Below, piece by piece: positions 52,215 through 62,400 of a stretch of 64,000 bases of DNA. Source of the stretch: an uncultured Planctomycetota bacterium (GTDB lineage: Bacteria; Planctomycetota; Planctomycetia; Isosphaerales; Isosphaeraceae). The stretch is taken from positions 1,440,001 through 1,504,000 of the forward strand of contig CAWGMQ010000010.1 of assembly GCA_963823665.1 (NCBI GenBank), read 5' to 3'. Under the pieces are notes generated by a model. The model saw only the letters and a program-made list of their open reading frames with translations, searched no databases and was not told the origin of the DNA. Position 1 is the first letter of the stretch. Each line of letters starts with the position of its first letter. The position numbers were made by a program, and so were the translations under genes.

Positions 52215-53255
52215 ATGTCCGCGACAGTCCTCGATCGCGATTTGCGGATGTTTGCGGTCGAATTATTTGAACGCAGTGGCGGGGCCGCCGATTGGCCAGT
52301 GCTGGAGTTTCCCGGGACGGTGGTGGTGCCGCGTGATGTGGCGGCGGCCGCCCATCTCCCGGGCGAAGAGTTTTCGCTGGACGTGGCGGCAGGCCCGAAA
52401 ACCCTACAGGTCGGACTCGCGGGCGAGTTTCTCGACGTGGCAGCACGCGTGCTCGATGTGGCTGTGCCACGCGACGGCTCGTTTTGCATCATGGAGCGCT
52501 ATCTCACCAGCCGCGACCTGACGGACAAGATCATCAACACGTTCGCCTGGCAAAACGCCCGCGCCAAGTATCGCACGGCCGAGCCGATGCTGGTCGAATA
52601 TCACCTGTGGACGCTGCTGGGCGCGCTACGCTCGGAGGACGTGTGGGAAGCGATCTTCCGCGTCTCCGTCAACGCGGAAAGCCAGGCCATCGTGGCGTTG
52701 CAAGACGTGTTTCAGGAGCCCGACCTGGTCGCGGAGGAACTGGCGAACGCGCCCGAAGTTCCGGTCACCTATGCGACGGCGGTGGCGGAAGGCAGGCGGC
52801 GACTCATCACGGAGTCAACGGAATTCGTGCGCCGTGTCGAAGCGCGGCAACAGCGGGACCGAAAGCGTCTGCAGGAGTATTATTCGGCGTTGTCGCGCGA
52901 AGCTCACGGCTCGAAGCGCCGTGCGGCGGCGGTTTCATCGCCCGAGGAAATCGCAGCGAAGAAGAAGGCCGTGGATCTGGAACTGCGCCGCAAGCTGGCG
53001 GAATTGAATGAGAATTACGCCCTTCGGGCCGAGCTGCGGCCGTTGGTCGTGGCAAGGGTCCGCCTTCCCGCTCTCGTCGTTCCCGTGGTAATTCAACGCA
53101 AACAAGCGATCCGGGACTACAGTCTCTACTGGAACTCACTGCTCAAGAAATTCGAGCCGCTCTCGTGCAGCCGCTGCCGCCGCTCCACATTTTCGGCAAC
53201 GTTTACCAATGAGACAGTCGACTTGCTGTGCGCGAGCTGTGCGCAACGAAAATGA
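52215..53255 (+). CDS. YqhG-like helicase partner with coiled coil and C-terminal Zn finger
   Basis: Starts 2 bp after the helicase; RLQEYY coiled coil; CSRC...CASC. Confidence 0.7.
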   Translation: MSATVLDRDLRMFAVELFERSGGAADWPVLEFPGTVVVPRDVAAAAHLPGEEFSLDVAAGPKTLQVGLAGEFLDVAARVLDVAVPRDGSFCIMERYLTSRDLTDKIINTFAWQNARAKYRTAEPMLVEYHLWTLLGALRSEDVWEAIFRVSVNAESQAIVALQDVFQEPDLVAEELANAPEVPVTYATAVAEGRRRLITESTEFVRRVEARQQRDRKRLQEYYSALSREAHGSKRRAAAVSSPEEIAAKKKAVDLELRRKLAELNENYALRAELRPLVVARVRLPALVVPVVIQRKQAIRDYSLYWNSLLKKFEPLSCSRCRRSTFSATFTNETVDLLCASCAQRK

Positions 53256-53290
53256 GCGATGGGGAAGATCACAGCGAAACGCCCAGACGG

Positions 53291-55357
53291 TCACTTCCCT
53301 TTTCGATGTTTATCGAACCAGCTCAGAATGAACAAGATCTTTGCAACATGGTGGCTGGGCCGGGCCTGGATTCCGTGAGGCTCGTCCGGGACACGGACGA
53401 GAACGCTTTCCACGCCCAGGAGTTTGAGCGCCTGGTAGTATTGCTCGGAATCGGACATCGGGGTTCGATAGTCGGCTTCACCGGTCAGCACCATCGTCGG
53501 CGTTTTGACATTCTTGACGACGGAGAGGAGCGATCGCTGTTCGTAATGAGCAACGTTGTCCCAGGGAAGGCCCGGGAACCAGTACTTGTAGATCCAGCCG
53601 CCAATGTCGGAGGTGAGTACGAAGCTGTACCAGTTGATGACCGGGTAAACGGTGACTGCGGCGCGGAAGCGCGTTGTGTGCCCGATGACCCAGCATGTGA
53701 GCACGCCGCCGCCGCTGCCGCCGGTGACATAGAGCTGTTCCGGATCGACGTAGCCGCGGGCGAGGACGGCATCGACGCCGGAGTTCAAATCGGCGAAATC
53801 GTCGCCAGGATAGGCGTGGTGGATCAAGTTCCCGAATTCGCCGCCGTAGCTGGTGCTCCCTCGCGGATTGGTGTAGAGCACGACGTAGCCGCGCGCTGCC
53901 ATGAGTTGTTTCTCCAGGTCGAAGCGATCGCCGTAATTGGCAAATGGGCCGCCGTGAATCTCAAGGATCAAGGGATACTTTTTCTTGGAATCAAATCCCG
54001 GCGGCTTGATGATCCACCCCTGGATCTTGCGGTGATCCTTCGCGGATTCGTACCAGATTTCCTCGACCTGCCCGAGCGTTCGACCCGAGAGAAGTCCTTC
54101 GTTCACGCTGGTCAGGATCTTGGGCCCCGGGGTAGCCTTGGTGCCAGTGGCGATTTCTCCGGGCACATCAGGTCGCGTGTGCGTCACGGCAAAAACGCCG
54201 TTGTTCGCGATGGAAAACGTCGCGGCGCCGCCATAAGCGCTCGTCGTCGACCCGATGTTTTCGGCGAGCTTCAGCGTATGGCCTTCGAGGTCGACGAAAT
54301 AAAGCCCCGTGTTGCCGTGGACGGCGGACGCGAAATAAATGCCGTTACCGTCGGGCGACCAGCGCGGAGCTTGAACGTCGTCATCGAACTCGCCAGTAAG
54401 AAGCCGGCTGTCGCTGCCGTCTCGATTCATGAGGTAAAGCTTACGGACCTGATAGCCCTGGTAGTGGTCATCGAAGCCGACATAGGCGATCTTCTTGCCG
54501 TCCGGCGAGACTTCCGGGCTATTATCGGGACCTTTGCGCGTCGTCAGTGCCTTCACCGAGCCGTCGGCGACCGAGAATTCGTATACCTCGGTATTGAGCG
54601 GATCACTCTCGAAGTCGGAGTGACGGTTGGCCGACATTAATAGATACTTGCCGTCGGGAGTCCAGACGGCTTCACTGGATTGAAATGCCAGGCCGCCGTG
54701 GTGGAATTTGCCGTCCGAGATCTGTCGCGGTGTGCCGCCGTCGGCGGGAACCACAAACAGTTGCGTGTAACCTTCCTTGAGATAGCCGGCGCCGTTGAAG
54801 CGGTAGATCAGACGGTCGATGACCTTGGCCGGCTCGGCCCATTTGGCGCCTTCGGGAGCGGCCGGCATCTCGATGAGTTTTTGGGCTTTGTCGGGCACGA
54901 ACATCGTGAACGAAATCCACCGGTCATCGGGCGACCAGGCGATCCCGGCAGGCTCGGCCGTCAGGTTCGTGAGCTTGGCGGTCTGGCCGGAATCCATCCA
55001 GCGGCGGTAGATCTGCGAACCGCCGTCGCGGTTGGAAGTGTAAATGATCTGGTCGCCATCGTGTGACCAGCGGGGAGAGGCGTCGTTGAAATTGCCCGTT
55101 GTGAGCGCGCGATGATCAGAGCCATCACTGTTAATAATCCACAAATTAGAGTGACGGTGATCAGACATGATATCGCTGAACCGGCGGACGTAGACAATTC
55201 GCTTACCGTCCGGTGATATCTGCGGATCAGTTGCCAACTGGAGATTGAAAACGTCTTGAACAGTCAAGGTTTTTGATGGCCCATCGCCGCGCACATTTGC
55301 GGGAGCGAGCATCGCTGAAAAGCCAATGAACCAAACCGTCACAATCGCCGTGCGCAT
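53291..55357 (-). CDS. S9 family peptidase (dipeptidyl aminopeptidase / acylaminoacyl peptidase)
   Basis: Signal peptide, WSPDG propeller repeats, HGGP, GGSGGG nucleophile, D.RTP, HG. Confidence 0.95.
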   Translation of the reverse strand: MRTAIVTVWFIGFSAMLAPANVRGDGPSKTLTVQDVFNLQLATDPQISPDGKRIVYVRRFSDIMSDHRHSNLWIINSDGSDHRALTTGNFNDASPRWSHDGDQIIYTSNRDGGSQIYRRWMDSGQTAKLTNLTAEPAGIAWSPDDRWISFTMFVPDKAQKLIEMPAAPEGAKWAEPAKVIDRLIYRFNGAGYLKEGYTQLFVVPADGGTPRQISDGKFHHGGLAFQSSEAVWTPDGKYLLMSANRHSDFESDPLNTEVYEFSVADGSVKALTTRKGPDNSPEVSPDGKKIAYVGFDDHYQGYQVRKLYLMNRDGSDSRLLTGEFDDDVQAPRWSPDGNGIYFASAVHGNTGLYFVDLEGHTLKLAENIGSTTSAYGGAATFSIANNGVFAVTHTRPDVPGEIATGTKATPGPKILTSVNEGLLSGRTLGQVEEIWYESAKDHRKIQGWIIKPPGFDSKKKYPLILEIHGGPFANYGDRFDLEKQLMAARGYVVLYTNPRGSTSYGGEFGNLIHHAYPGDDFADLNSGVDAVLARGYVDPEQLYVTGGSGGGVLTCWVIGHTTRFRAAVTVYPVINWYSFVLTSDIGGWIYKYWFPGLPWDNVAHYEQRSLLSVVKNVKTPTMVLTGEADYRTPMSDSEQYYQALKLLGVESVLVRVPDEPHGIQARPSHHVAKILFILSWFDKHRKGK

Positions 55358-55561
55358 GCTTCAACCTCCCGGGTGAATGAAAACCCGCGTCGCTCTGAAG
55401 CGGCATGCAGGCGATTCTCTCTGGTGCGGTTTCTGAACGGAGCTCGGTCAGTCCTGTTGCCCTGGCCGCCTGCACGGAAAACGTTCTACCCGACTTTTCC
55501 TTGGTGAACAACAACTCGAGCATCGGATTCGATGGTCTTTCTTCGGTAGTTTCGTCTTGAC

Positions 55562-55590
55562 TATTGCAAAGTACTTTGTATTGCAAAGTA
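55562..55590. promoter_or_regulatory. Putative transcription-factor operator
   Basis: tattgcaaagta direct repeat (period 17) overlapping the perfect palindrome CAAAGTACTTTG, between divergent genes. Confidence 0.55.
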
Positions 55591-55649
55591 TCAGGTTCGC
55601 CGTTGGGGGCAATGTGTGTTGATTGGTCTGTTGCGGAGCAGGTATCGTC

Positions 55650-55922
55650 ATGGCGCTCATTGCGAGAATCGCGGGCTGGTCCTTGCTCAGTGGTGGGTTG
55701 GGTGCAGGGCTTGGGCTTGTGTTTTTTGGCCGATATTCGGACTGGCTTTTCTCCGAGTACGTTGTCCCCACTGTTTTGCTCGGGTGTGTCGGCGGGATCA
55801 TCGGAGTGATTGCCGGAGCCGCACGAGAAATTGTGACTGCGTTACGAAAGGGGCCTCCAAGCAAACGACCTGGGGTGTTCGATGGCCAATCCGAAGAGCG
55901 GTACTGTGAAGCGGTTGATTGA
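55650..55922 (+). CDS. Small two-TM membrane protein
   Basis: Two Gly-rich hydrophobic helices. Confidence 0.55.
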   Translation: MALIARIAGWSLLSGGLGAGLGLVFFGRYSDWLFSEYVVPTVLLGCVGGIIGVIAGAAREIVTALRKGPPSKRPGVFDGQSEERYCEAVD

Positions 55923-56144
55923 GTGGCTGGTGGATCGGGCGATTCGTGGGTATGCAGCCAACATTCTGGCCGTTACGAAGGCGATCGAATCGGGGTGGAT
56001 TCCCGAAGGGGAGGAGCCCGGCGTTGCGGAGCAACTTCGTGGTGGGAATGGGTGGCGCCGCAACTCACGTATCTCGTACGTTTGATGTTATGTTCGAAAC
56101 TCGTTTTGTTGCTCGCGAACGCACAATCGTTTCCGCGGGTGCAC

Positions 56145-57441
56145 TTAGCTCAACTCTTTCGCATAGTGTTTGGCGTTCTTAGCGACGTCTGCGTTCGCAT
56201 CGTTGAACAGCTTCCGAATTTCAGCGGCGTATGGCTTAGCGGCCTTCTTCCAGCGGCTGAGCGCGAGAATGGCGAGCCGGCGAACTGTCGCGCTGCGATC
56301 CTGCAGAGCGGGCCGCCACGGCGGGCAGGATGCGAGTGGCGAGCTTGGCCCCGAGTCGCCGGTCGCCAAGCACCGTAACCGCATGTTCCCGGATCACGGC
56401 GTGCTTTGATTCGAGACCACGCAGCGCCTCATCGACGTCTCCCTCGTCAATGTGGCAGTTTCCGCTGAAGAAGTCGCGCACTTTACCCTTGCAGGCTGGC
56501 TTTTCCAGCAGTTGCTCGAGCGGCTGGTAGTCGAGGGTGCGGAATTGCAGGCACAAATCGAGCCAGACGGAATAGAGGCCGCAGATTCCCTCAATCGCAA
56601 TGTCTCTTGTCTTGGTCGAGTCGGCCAGCTCGAGCAGGAAGTCGACCTCGTCGAGCAGCGCCAGCGCGATCGTGTCGTGGCACGCGATTTCGTGTCCTTT
56701 CAGAGCGTGTTGCTTCAAGATTCGGATGACATCGGGGTCGGGGATACCGATCCTTGCCAGGAGGTCCGCCGCCGCCCATCCCTGCTTTTTGTCCTCCAGG
56801 GCGTGACGCAACATCGGCAGGGCTTGTGCGCCGAGTTTGAGGATCTCGTTCTCATACTCTCGAATGTGCTGACGGTAAATCTGCAGTTTGCTTTCGAGTG
56901 GGCTGCTTCCTCGTCGTTTCGCCTCTTCAAGATTGGCCTGCAACTGTGGGAATAGCTTCTTGAATTTCGCCGAAGTCATGCAGCGTTTCAAGACATCGAC
57001 TTCGTCCTCTTCGTGGAAGATGAATACGCCAAAGTCCTTTCCGGCGCGGGGATGCTTCCTGAGCTCGTCGGTCAGCTTTTTGGCGACGTTGACGAAGGCG
57101 TCGATGAAGCGCGCGTGCGTCCGTTCCCAGAGAGACTCATCGCCGCTGGTTGCGACCTTTTCGATGGCGCGATGGAGCTTCCTGGTCTGGGCGGTTGCAT
57201 ACTTGATCTGCGTCCACTTCCAGTCGGCCGAGCTCCAGCGGGAGACGTCCTTAGCTGCCAGATATTCCTCCGTGTTGGCCGCCAGGCACGGCATCGCGAT
57301 CACACCGTCCCTTTCCGCGTAGAACTCGTGAAAGGCGACGCCGTAAAACGACGCCGCGTGACGATTCATGAGCTGGGTGATCGCAGCCAGAGCGGCGTCA
57401 AAAACCGCGCGTTCAACGTTCGGCCAGTCAATTAACGGCAT
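56145..57441 (-). CDS. DUF4303-like protein with C-terminal HEAT repeats (frameshift near 56305)
   Basis: FYGVAF...AANTEE...RWSSADW; HEAT tail LQDRSATVRRLAILAL in ORF 56145-56384. Confidence 0.7.
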
Positions 57442-57509
57442 GATGCGCCCCTTTGCCAATGGGCTTCGCCGTGCCCGCGACGCGCAAGCACGGCGCTTGC
57501 CTGATTACG

Positions 57510-59343
57510 CTACTTCTTGGGCACGGCGATTTCCATCGCCCGTTTCCTTGCATCGCGGATCTCGCTCAAGGCCTCATCCAAGATGGTCGCCGGGTTAAAG
57601 CTCGGCGGGATCGAGCGGGGCGGGAACTCTTTGAATGTCGCCGCGAACGTGGAAACCTGTTCGATCATTCCGTATACACTTCCGATGTGGTTGAGCTGCC
57701 AGTCCCAGAAGGTATTGGACGTGATGTCCGCCCGTTCGAACGGGTCCTGGAAAAGGTTGTAGATCTTTTGCAGGCGCAGTTTCGTGAACGGCTCGGCCCA
57801 GACGCCCATCGTGCCCTGCATGCGCTGCTCGGCGAAGACGTACTTGTAGTCGCCCTGCCGCAGTGCGACGAGCAGGCCGTCGTCGTCAGAGTAGAAGAAG
57901 GTGTTCCGGGCGCTCTTGACGCCATTGTTTTTCGCCGCGGTGCCGTTGACTGATTCGGAGGAATTCCGACTGATCGTAGCCATCGAGATGCACCTTGTAG
58001 TTGATGCCGTTGGCGGTGTAGCCCTGCGTGAGCTTGGCCGACCGATTTCCGGCTCACCCGCGATGGAGCAGAAGCGTGGGAATCCAGTCGTTGTGGCTCA
58101 TGAGCTCGTTGGTCACGGTGCCCGGCTTGATGACCCCCGGCCAGCGGACCAGGCACGGCACGCGGAAGGCGCCTTCCCAGTTCGTGTTCTTTTCGCTGCG
58201 GAAGTGCGTCATGGCGCCGTCGGGCCAGGTGTTCATGTGCGGGCCGTTGTCGCTCGAGTAGACGACGATGGTGTCGCTTGCTATCCCCATGTCGTCGAGT
58301 GCCTTCAGCAGCGAGCCGATGGTTTCGTCGTGTTCGATCATGCCGTCGATGTACTCGCTGTCGCCGTGTTTGTACCGGCCGCGGTGCTCGGGGCGAACGT
58401 GCGTGCGGAGGTGCATCCGCGTGCCATTGAACCAGCAGAAGAACGGCTTGCCGGCCTCCTTTTGCCGCTTCATGAAGTCGATGGCCGCGGCGGAGGTCTC
58501 GTCGTCGATGGTTTCCATCCGCTTCTTCGTGAGCGCTCCGGTGTCTTCAATGGTTTGTTTGCCAATCTTGCCGAAGCGAGGATCGATGGTGGGGTCGTCG
58601 TTGTCTGCAGCCTTGCATTTGAGCACGCCGCGCGGGCCGAACTTGGCGCGATAGGCCGGGTCTTTCGGGTAGTCGGGCAGCTCGGGCTCTTCCTCGGCGT
58701 TCAAGTGGTAGAGGTTGCCGAAGAACTCATCGAATCCATTCACGGTTGGCAACGCTTCGTTTCGGTCACCGACGTGGTTCTTGCCGAACTGGCCGGTTGC
58801 GTAGCCGAGGCTCTTGAGCAGACCACCGATGGAGGGGTCGAGCTGGCTCATGCCCATCGGTGCTCCGGGGAAGCCGACTTTTGTCAAGCCGGTGCGAAGC
58901 CCATGCTGGCCAGTGAGGAACGCGGCACGGCCGGCGGTGCAGCTTTGCTCACCGTAGTAATGCAGGAAGCGGATGCCTTCGCTCGCAATACGGTCGATGT
59001 TGGGCGTTGTGTAGCCCATCAGGCCGTCGCTGTAGCAGCTCAGATTGGTGATGCCAATGTCATCGCCGAAGATGACGAGAATGTTGGGCTTCTTGCTATC
59101 CTTCCCCGGCTGACCGGCGGCCTGCGGGCGAGGCTCGGTCCCAGCGGCCATTGCCAGCAGCAAGCCCCGGTCTGCCCCTTGTGAATAACACGCCGGTTTG
59201 AGCTCACCTGCCGGGGAGGGCTGGCGTCGCTGCGAGGCTTCGGCCTGCCAGACTCCTGCGAGCTCGGCGGCCGCCGCGGCGCAGCCGAGCAGTCCGCCTA
59301 CAGCCATGATGCCGACGGCTATCAAGTGTGAGCGCTTGAGCAT
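57510..59343 (-). CDS. Arylsulfatase (several frameshifts at 57950-58075)
   Basis: PNILVIFGDDIG, SCTAGRAAFLTG FGly motif, GKNH.GD, SDNG, NLFQDPFER. Confidence 0.92.
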
Positions 59344-59426
59344 GATGATGTCTCCTTGACGTGATTCAACGGTCCCGCGTGGGCTTACATGTTATCGGTT
59401 CTGGCGATCTCGAGTAATACACCAGG

Positions 59427-62400
59427 TCATCTGAGTGGCGAATCGGCCAGGCGCTCGGTGATCACGCGGGCCCGCAGGTTGCCGTTCATGCTGGCGAGCA
59501 CGTGATTCAGAACGATATCCTGCCGGGCGACGGAGCGGGCGCGGTCTGTTGTCGCCGTGGCCCGATGCCGCGATGCAGGGGGGGCCACCTTTGGTTTCGG
59601 CCGATGGGCTTTCGCCTTGTGGCCATCGCGGGCCTGCGCACCTACCGATCCAATGACGCCACCAGTCGCCAGCATGCTGTCTGGCGCAGGTTTGACGGTG
59701 ATGGGATTGGACTGGGCCTTGACCAGGTTCTGGGCGGTGAACAGGAGGATGATTGTCTCGGCCGTGTCGTCCTGTAGGTTTGTGAAGGTCGCGATGCCGC
59801 CTGACGCCGTGATTGTGGTCGTTCCCAGAAGCGGCCCGGTGCCGACGCGGAGGGAGACAGTCACCTGGGTCGTGTCGTCGCCGGTAACGACGTTTCCATT
59901 CTGATCTTCGACGTAGATCACCGGCTGGGTGGGGAAGAACTGGCCGGCCGTGGCGGTGGCCGAGGGCTCAGTGTGGATCACGAGCTGTGTCGGGGTCTGC
60001 TGGAGGATCACACCGGTGTGGTTGGCCACCGTCGTGACCATGTAGTTGTTGCCGCCATTGCCGTCGTTGATCGTGTAGGTCGCGACCGAGAGCGTCTTGC
60101 CCGTACCCACGGCCGAGGTGTCGTAGGTCTCGCTCAGGTTTGTCACCGTGTCGGTGCCCTTCAGGCCCGAAACGGTCGGGATGGCTGCTGCGCTCGTGGT
60201 GCCGTCGTAGAACTTGGTGTTGGTCACGGCCGTGATCGTTAGTGGCGCCGTTGTGATCACGCCCGTCGACACCGGGACGAAGGTGTAGGTGTAGTTGTTG
60301 CCGCCGTTGCCGTCGGTCACGGTTCCGCTGGGCGTGAGCGTCAGGCCGGTGCCCGCGTTCTTGGTGGAGTAGGTCTCGACGAAGTTGGCTGTGTCCATGC
60401 CCTGCAAGCTTCCTGAGGTGATTGCCGGCATGGCCGCGGCGCTCGTTGTGGCGTCGTAGGTCTTGGTGTTGGCCACGGCCGTGATGGTGAGGGCGTCGCG
60501 GGTGATCACTCCGGTCTGGTTGGGTACCGTGGTGACCATGTAGTTGTTTCCGCCGTTGCCGTCGTTCACGGTGTAGGTCGCGACCGAGAGAGTCTTGTTT
60601 GTGCCTGCGTTCCGGGTGTCGTAGGTCTCGCTCAGGTTGGTCACCGAGTCGGTCCCCTGGAGGCCGGAATCGGTCGGGATGGCTGTCGCGCTCGTCGTGC
60701 CGTCGTAGACCTTGGTGTTGGTCACCGCCGTGATCGTCAATGGCGCCGGGGTGATCACGCCGGTCGACACCGGGACGAACCTGTATGTGTAATTGTGCCC
60801 ATCGTTGCCGTCGTCGACCGTTCCGCTTGGCGTGAGGGTCAGGCTCGTGCCGACGTTCTGCGTGCCGTACACCTCAGTGAAGCGGGGCGTGTCACCTACG
60901 CCGAGGCTGTCTGAAGTGATCGCGGGAACTGCCGCGGCGCTCGTCGTGGCGTCGTAGGTCTTGGTGTTGGCCAGGGCCGTGATCGTGAGTGGCTCGGCTG
61001 TGATCACGCCGGTCGAAACCGAGACGAAATGGTAGCTGTAGTTGTCGCCGTCGTTGCCGTCATCGACCGTGCCGCCTGGTGTGAGCGTCAGGCCTGTGCC
61101 GACGTTCCGCGTGCTGTAGGTCTCAATGAAATCCGCCGTGTCACCCGGTGCCAAGCTCCCCGCCGTGATCGTGGGCATCGCCGCGGCGCTCGCGGTGCCG
61201 TCGTAGGTCTTGGTGTTCGCTGTGGCGCTGACGCTGATCGGCCGCTGTTTGATGTTGAACGAATCGGAGGGTGGAGCGGCGTTGAGACCGGGTGACGTGG
61301 CCGCCAGGGCGTAGGCCATCCCCGCCTTGCTGATGGTCAGGTCTTCGAACGTCGCAGTTCCGGCGACGGCGCTCTCGAGTAGTGTTCCGCCGAGCGATGC
61401 GCCTGTGGGATTGGTGCCAAGCGAGATGGTGATGGAGGCCGTGCTGTTGACCGGATTGTTGTACTGGTCCGTGACCTCCACGGTTACAGGCGGACTGATG
61501 GTGTCGCCGTAGGTCGTGTCGGTCGGCTGCTGCACGAATTCCAGGTTGTCTGCCGGGCCTGGTGTGTTGGTGAGGCTGAAGTTTGTGGTGACATTCACGC
61601 CGGCCGAGGCGGCGACGGCGTAGCCGCCGGCGATGGTGTTGGCGGCGACGGCGATGCTGGCCTGGCCGGACGGGCCGATGGCGGCGCTGCCGGTGCCACC
61701 GGGAAATGTGGCCGACGCTCCGCTCGAAGGTGAGATGTAGGTGACCACGCCTCCCGCAATCGGTTCGCCGAATGGGCTTCTAACGGTGACGACCAGCGGT
61801 GCGGCGAAGGTCGTGCCTACGGTGGTCTGCTGGTTGTTGCCGCTGCTGGCTGTGATGATGAAGCCGCGCAATTCGAAAGCGCCGATATCAACCGTACCGC
61901 TCACAACACGCTGAGATCCGCGCTGGTCGGTGATGATACCAGTGGGAATGAGGGCGACACTGCCGGCGGCGATGGCTGGGCTGCCGGGCAGGAGGGCCAT
62001 CGTCTCGGTGGGGCCGCCATTATTCTGCAAGGGGCCCAGCAGCGGATTGACGTTGTGCAGGTCGGTGGCCGCGAAGCCGCTCGAGCCTGATGTGTTGCCG
62101 ATGAGGTTAAAGCCCAAGCTGTCGACCGTCCCGTTGACATCCGGCCCTGTCGTCGCGGTGTTTCCGGCGATGATCGTGTTGGCGAGGGTCGTGGTGCCCA
62201 TGGACGTATCGAAGCCGCCGCCGTCGAACGCAGCGCCGTCGTTCGAGAGAGTCGAGTCGGTAACCGTTAACATCCCAAAGTTATCGATGCCGCCGCCCAC
62301 ACCGGCCGAGTTGCCCGAGAAAGTGGAGTTGGTCACTGTCAGAACGCTCTCGCTGGTGTTGAGGACACCGCCGCCGCCCCGCGAGGCAGAGTTGTCGGAG

